Source: Octopus sinensis
Taxonomy: Eukaryota
Length of the DNA stretch: 64,000 bases
Assembly: GCF_006345805.1 (NCBI RefSeq)
Contig: NC_043002.1
Location: forward strand, 5,580,001-5,644,000
Direction: 5' to 3'
A model generated the notes under the pieces. It ran no database searches, was not told where the DNA came from, and saw only the letters and a program-made list of their open reading frames with translations. Each line of letters starts with the position of its first letter. Within the stretch, counting starts at the first letter, position 1. This document shows, piece after piece, positions 40,130 through 53,830 of this stretch. The translations under genes and the position numbers were made by a program.

Positions 40130-40411
40130 TGAAGTTGAATATCTTATCTGGCCACCACAGTCCCCAGATCTCAATATTATTGGTCATTTATGATGCATTT
40201 TAGAAAAATAAGTAAGGAGTCGATAGCCTCCACCATCATTACTGTTTTAGCTGAAGAAAGGAGAAAAGTTCCTTTGGAAACAATTCAAACGTTGAAGAGT
40301 CCATACCTCGTAGAATTCAAGCTGAAATTACAGCCAAAAGTGGCCCTACCCGATATTAAAATTAATTCGTTTGAAATTTGAAGGTGTTTCCATTATTTTG
40401 TCCAACTCCTG
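40130..40411 (+). mobile_element. Tc1 3' remnant with one TIR
   Basis: WPPQSPDLNI (from 40149), ESIPRRIQAEITAKSGPTRY*, end GTGTTTCCATTATTTTGTCCAACTCCTG|TA. Confidence 0.75.
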
Positions 40412-40850
40412 TATATATTTAGAATTAGATTTGTAGCGTTCAATTAAATGATAATAAAAATTAATTATATATATATATATATATAATGTATAGAGGGCAT
40501 TATTACACATAAATGCCTCACGCTAAGTGGGACATAAGTCATTACTACCAAAATTTTACTAATCATACCTAATGCAGCTCCCAAAGCAAGACATTTAAAA
40601 AACTGAATTTAGTTCTATATCACCTGTGATTTCACAATTAACGCATCAAATACATCTTTTGTTCATCAGTAGAACAGATTCTGAACACATCATAGATAAA
40701 CAACCAACATACCTAGCGAAGACAAACAGACATCTGCTCCCCTCAGCGAAGCACATGGAAATGTTTATTCATCATATATTCGGTAAATGGCGGGCTCTTT
40801 CGAACTGCATGTCGGTAGGAAAAGTTTTTCTTCGGAATAAATTTAACAAT

Positions 40851-40992
40851 TAAGGATAAAGTCTTAATAAGGAATCTTAACAAGAAATTATCAGGTAGTT
40901 AGCGTGGTTATGGGGTTTTTCTCTTATGAGGTTTTTCACGCTAACTACCTGATAATTTCTTGTTAAGATTCCTTATTAAGACTTTATCCTTA
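40851..40992. repeat. Perfect 56-bp inverted repeat, 30-nt loop
   Basis: 40851-40906 is the exact reverse complement of 40937-40992. Confidence 0.95.
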
Positions 40993-41001
40993 TTATTAAA
41001 T

Positions 41002-41062
<61 letters not shown>

Positions 41063-41140
41063 TTATATAATGCATGTATGTATGTATTATATATATAAAT
41101 ATATATATATATGCATGTATGTATATATATATATAAATAT

Positions 41141-41535
41141 ACTCTTTTACTTGTTTCAGTCATTGACTGCGGCCATGCTAGAGCACCGCCTTTAATCGAG
41201 CAACTCGACCCCGGGACTTATTCTTTTGTAAGCCCAGTACTTATTCTATCGGTCTCTTTTTGCCGAACTGCTAGGTAACGGGGACATAAACACACCAGCA
41301 TCGGTTGTCATGCAATGCTAGGGGGACAAACACAGACACACAAACACACACACGCATATATATACATATATACGACGGGCTTCTTTCAGTTTCCGTCTAC
41401 CAAATCCACTCACAAGGCTTTGGTCGGCCCGAGGCTATAGTAGAAGACACTTGCCCAAGGTGCCACGCTGTGGGACTGAACTCGGGACCATGTGTTTGGG
41501 AAGCAAGCTACTTACCACACAGCCATTCCTGCGCC
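41141..41535 (-). mobile_element. CORE-like SINE (family 2)
   Basis: Homologous to 37347-37747. Confidence 0.88.
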
Positions 41536-41539
41536 TATA

Positions 41540-42125
41540 TATATATGCATATTTGGGTACAAGACGTCACCAACAGTGCACAGCATGAAATACGAAATTA
41601 ATGAGAGAAAAAAGGGACAAGTAATACAAAGAATGACCCTTCATCAGTTGTCGGCTGTATATTTACTCCCCATTTTGAGCAATCAACGACAATATGAGTC
41701 TTCGAAGACAGTTGCTCCCATAAATACCAAAATATAATTTTGGATTTATGGAGGGTCAAGGTTAGGGACAAAAACAGGACAGTAGTGACATACAGGGAAA
41801 CCGAACGAAAACAAACATGGAGAGTCGTTAAACCTGAGGAAGGGGAAAATAGTGAGCGCTGAGAGAAACATATTTATTTTGAAAAGAAAAAAGATAGAAG
41901 AGAGAGATATTTATAGTATTTATGGGAGCAACTGTCTTCGAAGAAGATTCATATTGTCGTTGATTGCTCGAAATGGAGAGTAGATAAACAGCCAACCGTT
42001 GAAGGGTCATTCTTTGAATTACTTGTCTCCTTTTTTTCTCTCCTAATTTGTTTATTTAACTCATCTGTTTTCGTATTTCATGTTGTTTAATGTTGGTGAC
42101 GTCCTGTACCCATATATGCATATAT
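41540..42125. repeat. Long imperfect inverted repeat (arms about 41540-41727 and 41916-42125)
   Basis: GAAGACAGTTGCTCCCATAAATAC / GTATTTATGGGAGCAACTGTCTTC and GGGTACAAGACGTCACCAACA / TGTTGGTGACGTCCTGTACCC. Confidence 0.85.
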
Positions 42126-42139
42126 GTGTGTGTGTGTTT

Positions 42140-42345
42140 ATATGTTTATGTTTGACCTCGTCTGTATCACTAGCGATTTTTTTCCCCTGTCTTCCCTTCT
42201 CGGGATCTTTCCTTCTCCTATGTTTCCGACGAAGAGCTCCGCTCGAAACGTCAAACCCTCCTTCTTCCCTTCTTTCCTGAGCGTCCAATAATACTATATT
42301 TGTTCCACGTCCTCGCGTTGTTGTTTTCTTGTGTTTGGATTAACT
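42140..42345 (+). mobile_element. Short hammerhead-like element, family B
   Basis: GTTT CCGACGA A GAGC TCC GCTC GAAAC GTC AAAC at 42222-42256; homologue at 49930-50110 on minus. Confidence 0.7.
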
Positions 42346-42363
42346 ATATATATATATATATAA

Positions 42364-42429
<66 letters not shown>

Positions 42430-42746
42430 ATAAACATAAACATATAAACACACACACATACATATATATATATTATATATATAAACTTACAAATATGTGA
42501 TACAGGATATGAGATGATATGGTTGATTGATTATCATAATACATGCTTGAAATTCAACTTTCGTTGGTGATTCGGAAGGTTGTTTTTTAGAATTGACATT
42601 TATAATAAATTCTAGGATGTGTGTTTGTTTACAATACCTCCGTGGGTTTTGCCATTCAGAATTCTCTCCATACATCTTATTGGACCCTACCTCTCCACGC
42701 CTGCTTGTCTGTCTATCTGCCTGCTGTCTGTCTGTCTGTCAGTCTG

Positions 42747-42779
<33 letters not shown>

Positions 42780-43848
42780 AACAAACACGCACGCACACAC
42801 ATGCATGCACGCACACACACACACACACATACACACGAACACGCACGCATACACATTAACGTATTATATGTGTGTATGAGTGTATATGTATATATACATG
42901 TGTGTGTGTGTATGTGTGTGCATATATATATATACAAATATATATATATACTCACACTGGCGCGTGCATGCATGCACATACACGCACACACACACACACA
43001 ACAGCTTCTTTCAGTTTCCGTCTATCAAATCCACTCACAAGGCTATGGTCAGCCCGAGGCTATAGTAGAAGACACTTGCTCAAGGTGCCACGCAGTAAGA
43101 CTGAACCCGGAACCATGTGGTTCGGAAGCAAGCTTCAAACCAACAGCCACATGCATGAATGTAGGCACAGTGTGGCCGAATGGTTAAGAAATTCGCTTCA
43201 TCTTGAACAAATTATATTTTTTATTACGTTGGGTCGGCCCATAACTTGTGAGTGAAATTAGGTAAACGGAAACTCTACAGATGACTCCGGGTCGGTTGTA
43301 GCAAAAATCTCTAAAGATGCAACTGTTATGATTCTGCAAATTACATTAAGAGTACACGTGTCTGTGGAATACTCAGCCGGGTGAAGATAACCTCAAAAGA
43401 TCAAACGATTGAATCCTCATCGTCAACAGACGAAGATCCACCATTGTCATATGTACATATATGTGTGTGCGTGTGTGTGTGTGGATATATAAGATGTATA
43501 TATATATATACACACACACACTCACACATATACATGTATTATATATTCTTTTACTCTTTTATTTCTTTCGGTCATTTGACTGCGGCTATGCTGGAGAACC
43601 GCTTTTAGTCGAACAAATCGACTGCAGGACTTATTCTTCGTAAGCCTAGTAATTGTTCTATTCGGTCTCTTTTACCAACCCGCTAAGTTACGGGAGCGTA
43701 AATACACCGACATCGGTTGTCAAGCGATGTGGTGAGGTGGACAAACACAGACACACAGATATACCGCCCGGCAACAGGTATAAAATCAGAATCAGATTGA
43801 CATTAAATGTGTGTATGTTTACGTGTATGTATATGTATGCATGTATAC

Positions 43849-43948
<100 letters not shown>

Positions 43949-44569
43949 TATATAGTATGTATGGAAGATGATGGAAGAGACGAAAAGGAAGAGAAAGCAT
44001 ACATATAATATATATATACACACATATAGGAGTAGATAACCATGATCGTCACTTGAAAGACCACGTAGAGTTTCCTTTGTTTATACTAATGTTTATGTTG
44101 TAGAAAGAGTGAAACCAATCTATTCTGCGTATTCGGTCTGTGAAAACGGGAGAGAAAATATTTTATGATAATGAGAATCTCTAAAGAAGGTACGTAACAG
44201 TAGTTTGTATGGAGGGGTTGAGGGATTCGATAACACTAATCCCAGTTTGTGACTGGTTCTTTGTTTTATCGATTTCAGAGAGTTAACTTCGACTGAATTC
44301 GAACTCAGATCGGTATGACTAAACTGCGCAAGGCATTTCGCCTGACGCTCAAACACTCTTACGATTCTGCCAATCCATTAAGTTGACTCCGGGTCGGTTG
44401 TAGCGAAAATTCCTAAAGATGCAACTGTTATGATTCTGAAAATTACATTTGGAGTACACGTGTCTGTGGAATACTCAGCCGGGAGAAGATAACCTCAAAA
44501 GATCAAACGATTGAATCCTCATCGTCAAAAGACGAAGATCCACCATTGTCATATGTACATATATGTGTG

Positions 44570-44601
<32 letters not shown>

Positions 44602-44619
44602 AGTGGATATATAAGATGC

Positions 44620-44665
<46 letters not shown>

Positions 44666-44723
44666 ACATGCATTATATATATATATATATATATATACAT
44701 ACATACATACATACATACATACA

Positions 44724-44755
<32 letters not shown>

Positions 44756-45506
44756 CACGCACGCATGTACGCACACATGCATTTCTCAGTTGTGTCTGTT
44801 TGGCAAATGAATTGATGTAATAATAATGAATTTTAAAATAAACAGGAAAGAAAAAAGGCATCCGATAGAAAAAGAGAAACCAAAAGGAAAATGATATAAA
44901 AATATGACAATGCGAGAGTAACAACGAATGTTATGAAAACATATAACTTACCACGGATTAGTCCAAAGCTGGTAAATACAATAAAAACCAAAAGATATTC
45001 CACACTGTACCACGACATCGTGTAAAGAATCAACTGACTTGAAGGCAATTTTTTGCTTAATTCACCAACTTAATTCCATGCACCGACTCGCATTGAGATG
45101 TTTGTCTTTTTCTTGCCCCTGTGGCGGAATTTTCTTTTAAGGGAGAAGAAGAAACGAAGGGTTACGACTGAACTGGATTTAACTCTCTTCTTTCTCTCTT
45201 TCTCTCTCTCTCCCTCTCACTCTCACCCGTTATCTCTGTCCCTATATCGTCTCTGCTGTATACATGAGTTTTTTATTTTGTAAGCACCAAAAGGAAGGCA
45301 AAACGTCTTTGGAATGATTTTGGGGGAATTGTGAGTGAGTGAGCGTGAGTGAGTGATGGTGGTTTTCGTAGACGAGATATTAGTGCGGCGGTAATGGTAG
45401 ACTGTTGTTATTGTCGTCGGTGTCGTTGGCTGTGGAGATGGTAACGGTGGTTGCGAGGAGGGGGTGGAGTAGAGACGGAGAACGAGATAAAGAGAGGTGG
45501 GGCGGT

Positions 45507-45537
<31 letters not shown>

Positions 45538-45907
45538 AGAGGGGTTGTTGCGATGTAAGAAGAAAGAATTAGAGGGATGGGAGGAGGAGGAGGAGGAGAT
45601 GGTGGAATGGAAAGGAAAGAACAGGGTGGGGAGCAAGGAAAAGAAGAGAGGAATACTGCAATGTATTATGGGCAGCCGAGAGAAAAAGGTCGAAGAAGTG
45701 TAAATAGGCACGAAGACGCGAGTTAGATTTTGGCGTCGTTGTACAAGGTCTTAAGTTTGGGAGGAAAAATAAGTAAAAACAACAAATAAGTACCAAAAAA
45801 AAAAATTAATAAAATGCCGACATCCGCCAGAATGGGACTGCTGAACTAGTTGTGGGAATGGGACGTGTAAGTAAATATGAGAGTGTGTGAGTGCAAGTAT
45901 GGATGTA

Positions 45908-45938
<31 letters not shown>

Positions 45939-45942
45939 GTGC

Positions 45943-45973
<31 letters not shown>

Positions 45974-46261
45974 GTTCGTTGAACGTTTGTGTCTACGCAA
46001 GTATGTACGTGTGTTCTGTGTTCTATATATATTTGTATCCGTCTATCCTTTTTACCTAAACTGCATGTAACAACAGTGAATGTCTCAGTGTGCATTTGGT
46101 AGAAAAAAAAAGCAGAATAATGGACTGAGAACTGGAGCATTTAGCTTTGTCTTTTTACTTCATGTTTTTGCAGATCAAATTCCAACGTGACTTTGTCTTT
46201 TCATAAATTTCGCGTTCGATTATATCATTTAATTACCATTAATACATAAGATTATCTTTAA

Positions 46262-46930
46262 AAATAGATTTCTTTACTGTTCAGAAGGGGCTAAACATAG
46301 AGGAGACAAACAAGGGCAGACAAAGGGATTAAGTCGATTACATCGACCCCCAGTGTGAAACTAGTACTTTATTTATCGACCACGAAAGGATGAAAGGCAA
46401 AGTCGACCTCGGCGGAATTTGAACTCAGAACGTAACGGCAGACGAAATACCTATTTCTTTATTACCCACAAGGGGTTAAACACAGAGGGAACAAACAAGG
46501 ACAGACATAGGTATTAAGTCGATTACATCGACCCCAGTGCGTAACTGGTACTTAATTTATCGACCCCGAAAGGATGAAAAGCAAAGTCGACCTCGGCGGA
46601 ATTTGAACTCAGAACGTAACGGCAGACGAAATACCTATTTCTTTATTGCCCACAAGGGGCTAAACACAGAGGGAACAAACAAGGACAGACATAGGTATTA
46701 AGTCGATTACATCGACCCCAGTGCGTAACTGGTACTTAATTTATCGACCCCGAAAGGATGAAAAGCAAAGTCGACCTCGGCGGAATTTGAACTCACAACG
46801 TAACGCAGACGAAATACCGCTAAGTATTTCGTCCGGCGTGCTAACGGTTCTGCCAGTTCGCCGGCGGAATTTGAACTCACAACGTAACGCAGACGAAGTA
46901 CCGCTAAGCATTTCGCCCGGCGTAGAGCAA
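46262..46930 (-). repeat. Head-to-tail trimer of SINE family 3 (about 184-bp period)
   Basis: GAAATACC anchors at 46444, 46628, 46811. Confidence 0.9.
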
Positions 46931-47221
46931 ACTTTGACCGGCTACCTACTTGGTAGCAAGGTTCTTTTAACCATCATCCTTTAAATCTTAAAGGTCTTGC
47001 ACATTTTTATAGTCCCATATTTCAGGATCATTTGTAGCACATGAATTTAGGATCTGCATTCTCTCTACAAATCCTAAGTTCAGCCATACGTTCCTCCAGA
47101 CGAATTGGTATGTACCCTGTTGCTTCAATAATAATGGGTGCGAAGCTGAATGTGTATATTATGTTCTGGATTTGGAAACTGTTCTTTCCCTTGTATTTTT
47201 CTAACCACAATCGTGTCCAGA

Positions 47222-47835
47222 AGTATGTATGTATGTATGTATGTATGTATGTATGTATGTATGTATGTATGTGAGTGTGTGTGTATGTATGTATGTATGT
47301 ATGTATGTATGTATGTATGTATGTATGTATGTATGTATGTATGTATGTATGTGTGTATGTATGTATGTGTGTGTATGTATGTATGTATGTATGTGTGTAT
47401 GTATATATGTATGTATGAGTGTGTGTGTGTATGTATGTATGTATGTGTGTGTATGTATGTATGTATGAGTGTGTGTTGTGTAGGTATGATGTATGTGTGT
47501 GTACGTATGGTATGTATGTAATGTATGTATGTATGTGTATGTATGTATGTATGTATGTATGTATGTATGTATGTAGTATGTATGTGTATGTATGTATTAT
47601 GTATGTGTGGTTATGTATGTATGTATGTATTATGTATGTTATGTGTGTGTATGTATGTATGTGTGTTGTGTATGTATGTATGTATGTATGTATGTATGAA
47701 TGTATGTATGTGTGTACGTATGTATGTATGCATGTATGTATGTATATATGTATGTATGTATGTATGTGTGTGTGTATGTATGTATGTGTATGTATGTATT
47801 ATGTATGTATGTATGTGTATGTATGTATGTATGTA

Positions 47836-47866
<31 letters not shown>

Positions 47867-48890
47867 ATGTACGAATGTATGTATGTGTGTACGTATGTAT
47901 GTATGCATGTATGTATGTATATATGTATGTATGTATGTATGTGTGTGTATGTATGTATGTGTATGTATGTTGTATGTATGTATGTATGTATGTATGTGTA
48001 TGTATGTACTGTATGTATGTGTGTGTGTAGTATGTATGTATGAGTAGTATGTATGTATGTATGTGTGTGTATGTATAGTATGGTGTGTGTATGTAGTATG
48101 TAGTATGTATGAATGTATGTATGTGTGTACGTATGTATGTATGCATGTATGTATGTATATATGTATGTATGTATGTATGTGTGTGTGTATGTATGTATGT
48201 ATGTTTGTATGTATGTATGTATTATGTGTGTATGTATGTATGTATGTATGTATGTATGTGTATGTATGTATGTATGTATGTATGAGTGTGTGTGTATGTA
48301 TGTATGTGTATGTATGTATGTGTGTGTATGTATGTATGTATGTATGTATGTATGTATGAATGTATGTATGTATGTATGTATGTATGTATTATGTATGTAT
48401 GCATGCATGTATGTATATATGTATGTATGTATGTATGTGTGTGTGTGTATGTATGTATGTATGTATGTACGTGTATGTATGTATGTATTGTATGTATGTA
48501 TGTATGTATGTATGTATGTATGAGTGTGTGTGTATGTATGTATGTATGTATGTATGTATTTGTGTATGTGTGTATGTATGTATGTATGTATTTGTGTATG
48601 TGTGTATGTATGTATGTATGTATGAATGTATGTATGTATGTATGTATGTATGTATGTATGCATGCATGTATGTATATATGTATGTATGTATGTATGTGTG
48701 TGTGTGGTATGTATGTATGTATGTATGTATGTACGTGTTTGTATGTATGTATGTATGTATGTGTATGTATGTATGAGTGTGTGTGTATGTATGTATGTAT
48801 GTATGTATGTATTTGTGTATGTGTGTATGTATGTATGTATGTATTTGTGTATGTGTGTATGTATGTATGTATGTATGTATGTACATGCAT
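47222..48890. repeat. About 1.7-kb compound (TGTA)n/(TG)n microsatellite with higher-order units
   Basis: Direct reading; diagnostic string recurs at about 47698, 47873, 48111, 48358, 48624. Confidence 0.95.
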
Positions 48891-49097
48891 ATATGTGAGC
48901 ATATAGGTGCAAGATAAAAAAGAAAAAATAGTACTCAAAAATCAAAGGTAGAGTAAAATACGATTTCATTGAGGATGAAAATATTTCATAAACTGTTCCT
49001 CAGTTTCGCGTAAACGATCATCAGAAAGCCATGAGTATACTCACTTTTCTGTTCCAAAAAATATCTCTCTATCTATCTACATGTTTGTTTGTCTGTG

Positions 49098-49160
<63 letters not shown>

Positions 49161-49233
49161 ATCTATCTATCTATCTATTTATTTATTATCTATCTATCTA
49201 TTTATCTACATCTATCTATCTATCTATCTATCA

Positions 49234-49314
<81 letters not shown>

Positions 49315-49455
49315 ACTATTCTATCTATCTCTGTCTGTGTGTCTTTGTATTTTCATACATGCACACATATAGCATCTATGTTAAAGAGAAATTAATGAGA
49401 GAGAGTTTTACATTCTCTACATTAAAAATAAAATTTATGTATGCGTGTATGTGTT

Positions 49456-49495
<40 letters not shown>

Positions 49496-49519
49496 CATAT
49501 ACATATGTATGCGTATATA

Positions 49520-49690
49520 TAGTTGACATTTACAGAAAAACAAAAGACGAAGACAGATTTATGAAGAACAAGCAGGTGTATTAGTTTGACGCTCAGGAAA
49601 GAGAGAACGTCTTTTGCGCTTTGAGACTACGCTTTTCAACAGAAAGGAATAAGAGAAAATAAACAGAGAGAATAATAAAACTTGTGGATA
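49520..49690 (-). mobile_element. Decayed family A hammerhead-like element
   Basis: Minus strand CTTT CTGTTGA AAAGC GTAG TCTC AAAGCGC AAAAG; shares the CCTGAGCG and TCTTCGTCTTTTG motifs. Confidence 0.55.
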
Positions 49691-49865
49691 AATACGCATA
49701 TGCATATGTGTATATATATATATATATAGTAAGGAAAATTTTTTTTTTTTTTTTTTTTTTTAAATGCACAATGCTCAAATGGAGCATTCTGCATTTAAAA
49801 AAAAAATTTTTTTCCTTACTTATCATTTCTCCACGTGCGGTCAAACACAACCCCACCATTTATTG

Positions 49866-49898
<33 letters not shown>

Positions 49899-49929
49899 AT
49901 ATATAATATATATATATATATGTATATAG

Positions 49930-50110
49930 TTAATCCAAACATGAAAGCACAAAAAATACAACAACGCGAGGACGTGGAACAAATATAGTATTATTGGACG
50001 CTCAGGAAAGAAGGAAAGAAGGGGGGGTTAACGTTTTGTGCGGAGCTCTTCGTCGGAAACATAGGAGAAGGAAAGATCCAGAGAAGGGAAGACAGAGGAA
50101 AAATTCGCCA
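49930..50110 (-). mobile_element. Family B hammerhead-like element (decayed)
   Basis: Minus strand GTTT CCGACGA A GAGC TCC GCAC AAAAC GTT; clearly homologous to 42180-42345. Confidence 0.65.
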
Positions 50111-50114
50111 ACGG

Positions 50115-50158
<44 letters not shown>

Positions 50159-50469
50159 ATATATATATGTATATGCGTTGTAAAAAAATGGTTTTTCCGT
50201 TTTCGTTTCTCGTTGAGTTCTACGTTTAGTTGTGGTGTCCTGTACTCACGTATATATATTTATATATGCATGTATATATACATGTAGATGTAGGTACGTA
50301 CATATATGTTTGTATGTATGCATATATTTTATTTATTACACTATTGTTTGACAGCGCCCTCGCGTCGGATTCGATTCGATTCGTTCGCTTCGCTCCGTTC
50401 TTTATTCTCCCAGTACTGTTTTATATATACATATACATATGTATTATGTATATATATGTATATATATAA

Positions 50470-51586
50470 CTAGCAGAGATACCCGGCGTTGCCCGGTTAC
50501 ATTCAATTGAAGAATTAGACTTTTCTATTATATTTTCTGCAATGAACTGGAATATCTATGTTTCGAATTTCATCAAAATTGCAGATGAGGGTTATTTCCC
50601 TCTTTACACATCCTAAAAAATTTGTAATCGTACCACATGTATCCCATACTTCTGATTTTTATGCGCATATTCCAAAATTCCAGTGTCATTGAACCTGTTA
50701 AAAAGATTTTGCTCCTAAAAAATGAAGGTCATGGAGCTCTAAAATATGAGAGTTAAGGCCCCTGTTGAGGGTGGGCATCTTAATGTCAACCAGAGAAGTT
50801 GAATTGTTGAAAATCTTTTTAATTTGGGTGTTATTTCTATTGTTTGAATTTCTTTGAACTAGGAAATATATGTTCACTGGGTTTGTAAAAGAGAGCAAAG
50901 CTACAGGAAACCAAAAGATTAATGATCACAATAAGCAAGTTACCTTATCCTAGTCGTTACTTGAAGTACCGGTTCACGAACTATATATATGCATACACAC
51001 ACACACACATACACACACACACACACATACATACACACGATGATAACTGGATAGATACAACTGAGTGAGACACTGCATAGTGCCTTTTTATATTTTGATA
51101 AGCCTGGTACTTATTCTATCAGTTTCTTCTTGTGAAACCAGTAAGTTATTGGGATGTAAATAAACGAACACCAGTGGTGAGGCAGTGATGAGGGAGAAAC
51201 ACAAAGACACACACATAAACTTACATATATTCATACATATATATACAATTGATTTCTTTCAGTTTCTGTCTGCAAAATCTACTGACAAGGCTTTGGTTGT
51301 TCTGAGACTATAGCAGAAGACACATGCCAAGTTACCACACAGTGGAATTGAACTGAGGACCATGTGTTTTGGAACCAAGTTTGTTACCACACAGCCACAC
51401 CTGCACCTATGTGAGTGTGCGTGTGTGTGTGTGTGTGTGTCGGTGGATCGGTGTGTGCGTGTGTGTATGGGTATATATATGTATGCATGTATATATAAGT
51501 ATATATATGTGTACATGCTACATGTACATCTATATATGCATCTAGACATACATGTTTACATATAACATCTATTATATACATGTATA

Positions 51587-51647
<61 letters not shown>

Positions 51648-51892
51648 CATATACATAAAATAGAGAAACGTTTTTGTTTCACTTTTACACGTAATACTGA
51701 AATAGTGGAGATGTGATATTGCTGTGGGCTCGCCCTAGGCAAGAAGTTAAACATTTGTTTTTGCCCATGACACTACATAGACCTTAAGTAAGGCATGTGT
51801 AAAATTTGAATGAAATTGGTTGTGTAGTTCTCAAGTTTTAGGGAAACACACAGACAGACAGACACACATTCTCAGTTTTATATATAGAGAGA
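50470..51892 (-). mobile_element. Possible Helitron-like element with nested SINE (51095-51410)
   Basis: A|TCTCTCTATATATAAAACTG start at 51892 and CCGGGCAACGCCGGG...CTAG|T end at 50470; continuity between the ends is inferred. Confidence 0.4.
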
Positions 51893-51965
51893 TTACATAT
51901 ACATATGCATGTATATATACATACATACATACATACATACATACATACATACATACATACATACA

Positions 51966-51996
<31 letters not shown>

Positions 51997-52390
51997 GTAT
52001 TTATATATATATACATGCATATGTACATGTATATATATATATATATTGTTCTGTCTTTTACTGTTTTTACTTTTTTATTTTTTTTTGCTGTTTTGTTCTT
52101 ACTGTCCTGTTCTTGTTACCACTTTTACCCTCCGCAAAAAATCCCCAATTTTATTTAATTTGCTTTGCGGGAAAGACTGTTTCAAAGAAGTCGCGTCTTG
52201 TCCTTACCTTCGTAACGCGAAGTAGTTGAAACAAGGACAACTGAAGAAGGGGAATATTCCTTGTGTTGTATGTCTAGTTTTTTTTTCGTTGTTTGAAAAA
52301 AAGTTCGTTTCTATGTTTTTGTTTTTGTTTTTGTTTTCGTTTCTCATTGTAAGTATGTACATATATGTATGTATATATTTATACATTATT

Positions 52391-52448
<58 letters not shown>

Positions 52449-53458
52449 ACATATATACTTATGCGTGTGAATATATATGTGTGTGTGTTTATGTGTGTGT
52501 GTGTGTGTATTTGTGTGTGTGTGTTTTTGTGTGTATGTGTGTAGCATTTATTTTCTAAAGACCAGTTCAAATCTGAAAGCTATTTGAACTTGTAAAGGAA
52601 TTTTATTGCAGTTCATCGACGAAAAAAATACTCTTTATTAAAACAAAAAGGTATTAGAACGCCGTGGTCAGTTCAGAGCGCCCTCTGTTTGACTGATGGG
52701 TGCACTTGAACTCTTTAGTTCTCTTCAGCAGCAGATACCAAGAGAAGCAACTCTGACCTGACTAGAAAGCTTTGCTTCTTTTACTGTTAATCTGTCAATA
52801 TCACTTACAGAAAATAAATAAATAAATGAGTAAATAAATCAGGCGGTGACTTAGAAGAATCGTTATCATGCTGGGCAAAATGGTTAGCGGCATTTCGCCT
52901 GTCTTTATGTTCTATGTTCAAATGTCCGGCGGTCGACTTTCCAGAGTCGATATATAAAATAGGTACCAGTTGAGCACCGGGGCCCAAGTAATCGACTTAC
53001 CCTCTACCCCAAAATTTTGTACCAAAATTTGAAACCAATATTACTTGCCGAAAAATGTCTGCGAACCAGGAGAATCGTTACCAGGCAAGAAAAACTGCTT
53101 AGCAGCATTTCTCCTGAATTTACATCCTGAGTTCACATTCTGCCGAGATAGACTTTGCCTTTCATCCTTTCTGGGTCGATAAAATAAGTACCTGTTGAAC
53201 ACGGGGGTCGATGTAATCGACTTATCCCCTCCTCTGAAATTACTGGCCTTGGGCCAAAATTTGAAATCAATAGTACCTACTGACAACTCGTACTGGGCGC
53301 CTGACCAGAACAAATTTGTGAGTCGGTCTGCGAAGCCGTGATGGAAAGAAAACTAACCATTGACCAATTCAAATGTTCAAATTTCTTTGAGAAATATTTG
53401 AACCTGTATCTGGTGCAGAAAACCTATAGCACAGATAATAGTAGTTCGAAATATATGT

Positions 53459-53830
53459 GGAAGCACTCCGTCGGTTACGACGACGAGTGTTCCGGTTGAT
53501 CCGAATCAACGGAACAGCCTGCTCGTGAAATTTACGTGTAAGTGGCTGAGCACTCCACAGACACATGCACCCTTAACGTAGTTCTCGGGGATATTCAGCG
53601 TGACACAGAGAGTGACAAGGCCGGCCCTTTGAAATACAGGTACAACAGAAACAGGAAGTAAGAGTGAGAGAAAGTTGTGGTGAAAGAGTACAGCAGGGAT
53701 CACCACCATCCCCTGCTGGAGCCTCGTGGAGCTTTTAGGTGTTTTCGCTCAATAAACACTCACAACGCCCCGAAACCGCGATCCTATGACCGCGAGTCCG
53801 CTGCCCTAACCACTGGGCCATTGCGCCTCC
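53459..53830 (-). mobile_element. tRNA-headed SINE (family 1) with 14-bp TSD
   Basis: AGTTCGAAATATAT at 53443-53456 and 53831-53844. Confidence 0.9.

Noticed and set aside
47150-49526. Many long ORFs, up to 452 aa
   Set aside because: Translations of (TGTA)n/(TCTA)n tracts that lack stops by composition.
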